This document shows, in pieces, positions 36,344 through 43,120 of a stretch of DNA of 43,120 nucleotides. Both the position numbers and the translations under genes were made by a program. Under the pieces are notes generated by a model, which saw only the letters and a list, made by a program, of their open reading frames with translations, searched no databases and had not been told where the DNA came from. How positions within the stretch are numbered: position 1 is the stretch's first letter; each line of letters starts with the position of its first letter. Origin of the DNA: Flavobacterium sp. (lineage in GTDB: Bacteria; Bacteroidota; Bacteroidia; Flavobacteriales; Flavobacteriaceae). The stretch lies in assembly GCA_023253295.1 (NCBI GenBank), contig JALRGZ010000078.1, positions 1 through 43,120 on the forward strand. Direction: 5' to 3'.

Positions 36344-36844
36344 CTAATTTTGTTTTAATCTATTTTCTATAAAATTAGCAATTCCTGCTTCGTCCATTTG
36401 AGCAACGTGCCATTCTTTTAATACTTTAGCTCCTGTTTTTTCATAAAAATCAATAGCAGGAGTATTCCAGTCCAGTACGTTCCAATCTATCCTTCTTACT
36501 TGGTCTTTTTGGGCTTGCCTGATTATTTCTGAATACAATGCATAACCAATTCCTTTGCCTCTCATGCTGTTTTTTACTACTAAATCTTCCAAGTGGATAA
36601 TTTTTCCTTTCCAAGTAGAATATCGATAGTAATAAAAAGCAATACCTACGATTTCTTTTTCATTTGAATCCATATCCATTTCGGCAACGAAAACATGAAA
36701 TAGTGGTTGATTGCCAAAACCGTCTCGTATTAAATCTTCAACAGTTATTTGAACAGCATCAGGTTCTTTTTCAAAATCAGCTAATTCTTGAATCAATCTC
36801 AGGACAGCTGCCATATCCTCTTTTTTACCGATTCTAATATTCAT
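36344..36844 (-). CDS. GNAT N-acetyltransferase (diamine acetyltransferase-like)
   Basis: YSTWKG..HLEDLVV..RGKGIG..VLDWNTPAIDFY. Confidence 0.9.
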   Translation of the reverse strand: MNIRIGKKEDMAAVLRLIQELADFEKEPDAVQITVEDLIRDGFGNQPLFHVFVAEMDMDSNEKEIVGIAFYYYRYSTWKGKIIHLEDLVVKNSMRGKGIGYALYSEIIRQAQKDQVRRIDWNVLDWNTPAIDFYEKTGAKVLKEWHVAQMDEAGIANFIENRLKQN

Positions 36845-37014
36845 AAATTCGTATTATTAAGGTTTGAAAATTGTTAATATGGCTTTTATAATTTCTTTGA
36901 GACTTCAAAAATTTAGCAAATATACAATACTGATAAACTTAGTAAGTTTTATTGAATCATTATCACAAAAAAAACGATATTTGTTACCTTAAATACAATT
37001 ATAACGATTTCGTA

Positions 37015-38025
37015 ATGAAAGAAAGTACTAAAACTTTAGGAGAGTTTATTATTGAAAATCAAAATGCGTTTCAATATTCATCGGGTGAATTGTCTCGAAT
37101 AATCAATTCAATCCGATTGGCCGCAAAAGTGGTTAGTTACAAAGTTAACAAAGCAGGTTTAGTTGATATTACCGGAGCTGCCGGGGAGACTAATATTCAG
37201 GGAGAAGACCAGCAAAAGCTAGATGTTTATGCAAATGAAATCTTTATTCAAACTTTAAAAAATCGTGAAATTGTTTGCGGAATTGCTTCTGAAGAAAACG
37301 ATGATTTTATCACTGTAGAAGGGAAAGATAATAGCCATAAGAACAAATATGTGGTTTTGATGGATCCTTTGGATGGTTCTTCTAATATTGATGTAAATGT
37401 TTCGGTAGGAACCGTTTTTTCGGTTTATAGAAGAATTACTCCTATTGGAACTCCTGTTACTTTGGAAGACTTTTTGCAACCTGGAACCATGCAGGTAGCT
37501 GCCGGATATGTAATTTATGGTACATCGACTATGTTAGTTTATACTACAGGTCATGGTGTGAACGGATTTACATTAAACCCGGCAATTGGTACTTTTTATT
37601 TATCACATCCTGATATGAAGTTTGCTAAGGATGGGCATATTTATTCTATTAATGAAGGGAATTACATTCAGTTTCCTCAAGGAGTGAAAGATTATATTAA
37701 GTACTGTCAGTCGGAAGAGGGTGATCGTCCATATACTTCAAGATATATTGGAAGTTTAGTTTCGGATATTCATAGAAATATGATTAAAGGAGGGATTTAT
37801 ATTTACCCAACAAGTTCTAAAGCACCTAAAGGTAAATTGCGTTTGCTTTATGAATGTAATCCAATGGCTTTTGTTGCTGAACAGGCTGGAGGAAAAGCCT
37901 CTGATGGATTTAGAAGGATTATGGAAATTAAGCCAACAGAGCTACACGAACGTGTTCCGTTTTTCTGTGGAAGTTATAATATGGTAGCTAAGGCGGAAGA
38001 ATTTATGCAAAAAGCAAGTAAATAA
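37015..38025 (+). CDS. fbp: Class 1 fructose-1,6-bisphosphatase
   Basis: [31 protein letters not shown] and [14 protein letters not shown] at 37015 is preferred over TTG at 36952. Confidence 0.96.
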   Translation: MKESTKTLGEFIIENQNAFQYSSGELSRIINSIRLAAKVVSYKVNKAGLVDITGAAGETNIQGEDQQKLDVYANEIFIQTLKNREIVCGIASEENDDFITVEGKDNSHKNKYVVLMDPLDGSSNIDVNVSVGTVFSVYRRITPIGTPVTLEDFLQPGTMQVAAGYVIYGTSTMLVYTTGHGVNGFTLNPAIGTFYLSHPDMKFAKDGHIYSINEGNYIQFPQGVKDYIKYCQSEEGDRPYTSRYIGSLVSDIHRNMIKGGIYIYPTSSKAPKGKLRLLYECNPMAFVAEQAGGKASDGFRRIMEIKPTELHERVPFFCGSYNMVAKAEEFMQKASK

Positions 38026-38045
38026 TATTTGGCGAAAGTTAAAAC

Positions 38046-38085
38046 AAAAAAGCTCTTGAATAATAAATAACTCAAGAGCTTTTTT
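38046..38085. terminator. Bidirectional terminator between fbp and the TerB-like gene
   Basis: AAAAAAGCTCTTGA...TCAAGAGCTTTTTT. Confidence 0.82.
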
Positions 38086-38105
38086 AATATTTATAAAAAG
38101 TAAAA

Positions 38106-38537
38106 TTATTTGTGCATGTTTTGCATTTCGTAAGCAAAAGTGTCGAAATCTACTTTTTTATCTACTAATGATAACGCTTTTGCAACAATGTAATTAACGT
38201 TACTTGGAGTAAAACCTAAGCCAATAGCGATTTTTTTCAAAATCACTTCTTGTTTGTCTCCTAATTGATGGTCAACATGAACCATTCTAACTAAATCGTA
38301 TAAACGCTCTAGTCTTTGGGAGTATAAGTAAGGAGGGTTAATAGGGTGGATTGTTGGGTTTTCTAAAATCTCTTCGTATTCTGAAGTTGAAATTTCTAAC
38401 TGTGTAGCTAATTTATCTAAGAAGCTTTTTTCCTCGTTAGAAACAATACCATCAGCTAAAGCAACACGAACAATCGCAGAAAAATGTCCCTTATTTCTTT
38501 GTTTAAATTCGCTATCAAATAAATCTGAAAATGACAT
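38106..38537 (-). CDS. TerB-family protein
   Basis: VRVALADG..EE..L and MVHVD..E..L duplicated helical motif. Confidence 0.8.
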   Translation of the reverse strand: MSFSDLFDSEFKQRNKGHFSAIVRVALADGIVSNEEKSFLDKLATQLEISTSEYEEILENPTIHPINPPYLYSQRLERLYDLVRMVHVDHQLGDKQEVILKKIAIGLGFTPSNVNYIVAKALSLVDKKVDFDTFAYEMQNMHK

Positions 38538-38706
38538 AATTATTGTGTTTTTATATAAAGCAAATATAATTCAATTTTTAAATTATTAATTTTATTTAAA
38601 GAGAAAAATAATCCGCTTCAAAATTATTGAAGAGGAATTAATAGATTGAATTGAGGAGTTTCAAAATTAATCGTAAGTTTACATCCCTTATCAATTAATA
38701 TTACCT

Positions 38707-39303
38707 ATGATGTCCCAATTTTTAATCTATTTTCAATTAGGATTAAAACATATTTTAAATATTTATTCCTACGATCATATTTTATTTTTAATAGCGCTTT
38801 CAATTCCTCTTTCTTTTAAAGATTGGAAAAGAATTTTATTGTTGGTTACTTCGTTTACTCTGGGGCATACCATTGCGTTGTTGTTAACTTTGTATGGGAT
38901 TATTGCTGTAAAAGTAGCGGTGGTCGAGTTGCTGATTCCAATAACAATTTTGATAGTAGCATTATTTCATCTGTTTACAGCTGGAAAATCAGGTAAAAAA
39001 GAAAGTATTAATCTGGTTTTCTTTCTTACGTTATTCTTTGGAATTATACATGGATTAGGATTTTTAAATCATTTTAGAAATATTCATAAAGACGCATCTG
39101 TTTCAAAATTATTAGCGATATTAGAATCGTCATTAGGGATTGAAGCGGCTCAGTTAGTAGTGATTCTTGTGTCTTTGATTTTGGCTTATATTGTTCAGAC
39201 TGTTTTTAGATTTTCTAAAAGAGATTGGACTTTAGTGATGTCAGCATTTATAATTGGAGTAGTTTTGCCAATAATTTTAGGAAATGAAATTTGGTTAAGA
39301 TAG
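38707..39303 (+). CDS. HupE/UreJ-family membrane protein
   Basis: GLKHIL..YDHILFL, FTLGHT and FGIIHGLGF motifs. Confidence 0.85.
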   Translation: MMSQFLIYFQLGLKHILNIYSYDHILFLIALSIPLSFKDWKRILLLVTSFTLGHTIALLLTLYGIIAVKVAVVELLIPITILIVALFHLFTAGKSGKKESINLVFFLTLFFGIIHGLGFLNHFRNIHKDASVSKLLAILESSLGIEAAQLVVILVSLILAYIVQTVFRFSKRDWTLVMSAFIIGVVLPIILGNEIWLR

Positions 39304-39306
39304 ATT

Positions 39307-39738
39307 ATGGAACAAAAAAAATTAAATAAATACGATAAGGCTTATCTTCGAATAGCTAAAGAATGGGGGTTGTTATCGTATTGTAAACGCAAACAGGTAG
39401 GAGCAATTATTGTAAAGGATCGAATGATTATTTCTGACGGTTATAATGGAACGCCTACCGGATTTGATAATTGTTGTGAAGATGAGGAAGGATTGACCAG
39501 ATGGGATGTTTTGCATGCCGAAGCTAATGCAATTCTTAAAGTAGCCCGATCTACTCAATCTTGTGAAGGGGCAACTTTGTATATTACACTTTCACCTTGT
39601 AAAGAGTGTAGTAAATTAATTCATCAATCAGGAATTAAAAGGGTAGTGTATCAAAATGGTTATCGTGATGATTCAGGAATTCAGTTTTTAAAGAAAGCTG
39701 GAGTAATTGTGGATCACATTCAGGAATTAGAAGAATAA
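39307..39738 (+). CDS. dCMP deaminase-family protein
   Basis: HAEANAI..SPCKECSK zinc motif and GYNGTP. Confidence 0.92.
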   Translation: MEQKKLNKYDKAYLRIAKEWGLLSYCKRKQVGAIIVKDRMIISDGYNGTPTGFDNCCEDEEGLTRWDVLHAEANAILKVARSTQSCEGATLYITLSPCKECSKLIHQSGIKRVVYQNGYRDDSGIQFLKKAGVIVDHIQELEE

Positions 39739-39739
39739 A

Positions 39740-41320
39740 GTGAAAATAAACTATAAATACATTCCTGTTTATATTAGTATTATCCTGTCTGTAGGAATAC
39801 TTATAGGTGGTTTTTTGAATTTTTCCAACCAAAATCAATTTTCGAAAGCTAATAATTCGAAAACAAAACTGAATAAACTAATCGACTTTATCAATAATGA
39901 ATATGTTGATGAGTTGAATACCGATTCTATTGTCAATAAAACAGTAGATAATATTTTATCTCAATTAGATCCGCATTCCGTGTATGTGCCTTCAAACGAG
40001 CAACTAGAGGTTGTCGAAAATATGAGAGGTGATTTTGTTGGGATTGGCATTCGTTTTTATCTTTATAAAGATACCGTAGCTGTTGTTGAGCCAATGGAGA
40101 ATGGTCCTTCTGCAAAAGCAGGAATCAAAGCGGGAGATCGAATTTTGTATGCTGATGGTACAAAGTTGTTTGGGCGAAAACTACCAACAGATTCATTATT
40201 TGCTAAGTTTAAAGGAAAAGAAGGTTCGCAGGTAGTTTTGACTGTTTATAGAAAGTCAGAAAAAAGAAGAATAAATTATACAATTAAAAGAGGGGTTATT
40301 CCTTTGAAAAGTGTCGATGTTGGTTTGATGCTAAATCCAACTACTGCTTATGTAAAAATCAACCGTTTTGCAGAAACTACCTATGAAGAGTTTAAATCGG
40401 CTTTGACTCATTTGAAAAAACGAGGTGCCAAATCTTTAGTTATCGATCTTCGGGATAATGGCGGTGGTTATATGGAAGAGGCAATTGAAATTGCGGATGA
40501 ATTATTATCGGATAATAAACTGATTGTTTTTACTAAGAATAAAAAAGGCAAAATTGATAAAAGCTATGCTACTGAAAAAGGCGATTTTGAAAGTGGAGAT
40601 TTATTTGTTTTAATCAATGAAAATACAGCTTCGGCAAGTGAAATTCTGGCTGGCGCTATTCAGGATAATGATAGAGGAACAATTGTTGGGCGACGTTCAT
40701 TTGGTAAAGGATTGGTGCAAAGGGAGATGGATTTTGATGATGGTTCCGCGGTTCGTTTAACAGTAGCCCGTTATTATACGCCTACAGGAAGATCTATTCA
40801 AAAGCCTTATTTTAAAGGAACTGAACAGTACTTTAAAGAATCAGAGTTGCGTTTTAAAAACGGTGAGTTGTATCAAAAAGATAGTATAAAAGTAGTTGAT
40901 AGTTTGAAATTTAAAACGCCAAAAGGCAGAGTTGTGTATGGTGGCGGCGGAATTGTTCCTGATGTTTTTGTGCCTCTTGAATTTGAAAATGCTGATGAGG
41001 CCACCCTGTATTTATTAGAGACAGGAATAGTTGGTAATTTTGTTTTTGAACAATTAGATAAAAAAAGAAATACTTTCAAAGGGCTTTCGTTAGAACAATT
41101 TTTAAAGAAGATGAATACTACTGATGAGTATTATAATATTTTTGATCACTTTTTGTCTAAACATGTTCCAGGTATTCAGTTAGTAAAAGCCAAAGAGCTT
41201 GTAAAACGACATCTTAATGCCGAATTTGCTAAGCAATTGTATGGTGAAAAAGCGTATTATGATATTCTTTTAAAGGATGATATAATGCTAAAAAAGATTT
41301 TGTTCGCTAAGAAAAAATAA
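39740..41320 (+). CDS. S41 carboxy-terminal processing protease
   Basis: LDPHS, PDZ domain, DLRDNGGG, ASASEI and SFGKGLVQ. GTG start. Confidence 0.93.
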   Translation: MKINYKYIPVYISIILSVGILIGGFLNFSNQNQFSKANNSKTKLNKLIDFINNEYVDELNTDSIVNKTVDNILSQLDPHSVYVPSNEQLEVVENMRGDFVGIGIRFYLYKDTVAVVEPMENGPSAKAGIKAGDRILYADGTKLFGRKLPTDSLFAKFKGKEGSQVVLTVYRKSEKRRINYTIKRGVIPLKSVDVGLMLNPTTAYVKINRFAETTYEEFKSALTHLKKRGAKSLVIDLRDNGGGYMEEAIEIADELLSDNKLIVFTKNKKGKIDKSYATEKGDFESGDLFVLINENTASASEILAGAIQDNDRGTIVGRRSFGKGLVQREMDFDDGSAVRLTVARYYTPTGRSIQKPYFKGTEQYFKESELRFKNGELYQKDSIKVVDSLKFKTPKGRVVYGGGGIVPDVFVPLEFENADEATLYLLETGIVGNFVFEQLDKKRNTFKGLSLEQFLKKMNTTDEYYNIFDHFLSKHVPGIQLVKAKELVKRHLNAEFAKQLYGEKAYYDILLKDDIMLKKILFAKKK

Positions 41321-41335
41321 TAAAAAAAGTAGGTC

Positions 41336-41941
41336 TTACCGAATACTATCGTGCGAATGTGTTTGAATACCGTTATTCCAAAGTGTCAGAATATCGGTGG
41401 CAACAGCAGCGCCACTTCCGGCAGCAATAGCTAATTGGCTTCTCCATCCTGCTAATGTTCCAATTACATAAATGCCATCTGCAACTAAATGGTCGTTGTT
41501 TTTCAATTGAATTCTTTCTTTTTCAGGAAGTGCTTTTTGATGTGGAATAACATATTGCATTAATCCTTTAATAGCAAAAGTGTTTGCCGAACCAATACCT
41601 ACTACAATAGCTTTGGTTTGATAACTGTTTTTATTGGTAACAACAGTAAAGTTAGGTGCTTCTCCTTCAATACGAAGTACTTTTTCGTTATGAATTTGAG
41701 TAATATGTGGATAGCTTTGATTAAGATGTTCAATGCTTTCCGTTAATAATTCTGATCCAAGTTTACCTGTGGGAATTCCGTAGGCATTGTTAAACAAGGC
41801 ATCTTGAAGTGAGGAAGATTTTTGGTGTGAAAAAATACCGATTTTTTTATCGGTTACAAATTTTTTGTTTTTGGCGGAGCCAAGCACTAAAGCGCATGAC
41901 ATTCCTGAAACCCCTCCTCCAATGATTAAAACGTCAAACAT
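41336..41941 (-). CDS. FAD-dependent oxidoreductase (short thioredoxin-reductase-like)
   Basis: DVLIIGGGVSG; C-terminal GIYVIG..SQLAIAAGSGA. Confidence 0.8.
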   Translation of the reverse strand: MFDVLIIGGGVSGMSCALVLGSAKNKKFVTDKKIGIFSHQKSSSLQDALFNNAYGIPTGKLGSELLTESIEHLNQSYPHITQIHNEKVLRIEGEAPNFTVVTNKNSYQTKAIVVGIGSANTFAIKGLMQYVIPHQKALPEKERIQLKNNDHLVADGIYVIGTLAGWRSQLAIAAGSGAAVATDILTLWNNGIQTHSHDSIR

Positions 41942-41946
41942 CTTAA

Positions 41947-42150
41947 TTATAGTTTGTCGTTCATTTTGTCTTCTATTTTTTTAGACATTCTAAAAATAAT
42001 TAGAATTAGGATAGCGCAACAAGAAGCGGCAATTCCAATAAAAGCCACTGCGTTATCTTCTTTAAAAAGATTGCTGAAATCTAATTGAGTGATGTTGAAA
42101 ATAACAAGTGCTGCGGCTAGAAACACTAAGATGTTAGTAAAGATTTTCAT
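41947..42150 (-). CDS. Small two-TM hypothetical membrane protein
   Basis: 67-aa ORF with two hydrophobic helices, 5 bp upstream of the oxidoreductase. Confidence 0.7.
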   Translation of the reverse strand: MKIFTNILVFLAAALVIFNITQLDFSNLFKEDNAVAFIGIAASCCAILILIIFRMSKKIEDKMNDKL

Positions 42151-42270
42151 GATGATTGTTTTGGCTTGTAGTTTTAAAAAAATCTGTTATTTGAATTAAG
42201 TTGTTCTTTTTTAGCAAATTCAGATTGTTTCTACATGCTAAATTCTGGGGTAAAATTATAAAAAAATATT

Positions 42271-42849
42271 TTACATGAATAGTCCTTTAACATTAGCGGC
42301 GAATAATTTAACAGCAATAGCTAAAAGAACTACTCCAAAAGTTTTTCGGACTACTCCAAGTCCGTTTTTTCCTAATAGTTTCTCGATTTTAGAAGAAGAT
42401 TTTAAGACTATGTAGACTAAAAAAATGTTTAGTAGTATGGCAATCACGATGTTTATGGTGTGATACTGAGAACGTAAGGAGAGTAATGTGGTCATGGTTC
42501 CTGCCCCTGCAATCAGAGGAAATGCAAGAGGGACAATTGAAGCGGAGTTTGCTTCTTCGTCTTTATAGATACGTATGCCTAGGATCATTTCCAAGGCAAT
42601 AAAAAAGAGTACAAAGGATCCTGCAACTGCAAATGAATGGACGTCTATCCCGATGATGCTTAGGAAATCTTCTCCTGTAAAAAGAAAGACAAGCATAATT
42701 AGTCCGGCTACTATTGCGGCTTTTTCTGATTCAATATGTCCGTGTTTTTTTCTGAGATCAACTATAATAGGAATGGATCCTACAATGTCTATGACTGCAA
42801 AAAGTACCATTCCTACGGTGATTATTTCTTTGAGATCAAATAGGTGCAT
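42271..42849 (-). CDS. MarC-family membrane protein
   Basis: LFAVIDIVGSIP and IVPLAFPLIAGAG motifs; six TM segments. Confidence 0.9.
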   Translation of the reverse strand: MHLFDLKEIITVGMVLFAVIDIVGSIPIIVDLRKKHGHIESEKAAIVAGLIMLVFLFTGEDFLSIIGIDVHSFAVAGSFVLFFIALEMILGIRIYKDEEANSASIVPLAFPLIAGAGTMTTLLSLRSQYHTINIVIAILLNIFLVYIVLKSSSKIEKLLGKNGLGVVRKTFGVVLLAIAVKLFAANVKGLFM

Positions 42850-43040
42850 TTTTTTGAGGAGATTTAGGTTTTGTATTGTTGGTTTGATTTAATAAATATC
42901 TAATTTCAATTAAATGTAAAGTTATTTTTTGAGATAGTCTAATATGTTTTTGAACTTTGTTTTGAACTGTAGAATTATCCTTCTTTTGTTAGTTGTAGAA
43001 TGATTACCTTTGCAACTTATTACTATAGTGATTAAAAGTT

Positions 43041-43120
43041 ATGTTTCAGTTAGGAAAAACAATAGTTTCAGAAGATATTTTAGAAAAGGAATTTGTGTGC
43101 AATTTATCAGCTTGTCACGG
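43041..43120 (+). CDS. DUF3109-family protein, 5' end (truncated by window edge)
   Basis: MFQLGKTIVSEDILEKEFVCNLSACH; TACCTTTG -7 element at 43005-43012. Not in the ORF track. Confidence 0.75.
   Translation, partial: MFQLGKTIVSEDILEKEFVCNLSACH

Noticed and set aside
36952-37014. N-terminal extension of fbp
   Set aside because: TTG start in promoter-like AT-rich DNA; the family-like sequence starts at ATG 37015.
38106-39738. TerB, HupE and dCMP deaminase as a defence or tellurite-resistance island
   Set aside because: They sit in ordinary fbp-S41 housekeeping context, with no other ter or defence genes.
530-42892. Short antisense or overlapping ORFs in the track (e.g. 530-790, 1358-1666, 6169-6468, 6737-7057, 17685-17948, 19072-19494, 20780-21187, 35326-35577, 42575-42892)
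   Set aside because: Shadows of well-supported genes on the opposite strand, with no recognisable motifs.

Overview
AT-rich Bacteroidota DNA, most consistent with a Flavobacterium chromosome (TAnnTTTG -7 promoter elements, T9SS cargo, Flavobacterium-type housekeeping genes). Housekeeping genes lie at both ends (pyrC fragment, DUF4296, epimerase, tyrS, uxuA, LuxE-like on the left; GT28, lysC, GNAT, fbp, TerB-like, HupE/UreJ, dCMP deaminase, S41 protease, MarC, DUF3109 on the right). Between them are two modules. (1) A ~14.6 kb phosphate-starvation locus (6637-21257): a lipoprotein and TonB-dependent receptor divergent from a PhoP/PhoR-like pair, then two different phosphate-porin + PstS units, pstCAB and phoU. 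Five of its promoters carry phased 11-bp repeats of TAACAY at a fixed distance from the -7 element, a candidate Flavobacterium Pho box. Its PstC contains an unusual acidic six-copy PESYG repeat. (2) A NarL-type two-component pair divergent from a 2322-aa repeat-rich type-B T9SS cargo protein followed by PorP/SprF and PorE-like OmpA partners. The first ~145 bp are a reverse-strand fragment of a non-Flavobacterium-like miaB joined through microhomology to a truncated dihydroorotase, probably a chimeric contig end. No rRNA, tRNA, CRISPR array or transposase was seen. Family assignments come from motif recognition by eye; no searches were run.
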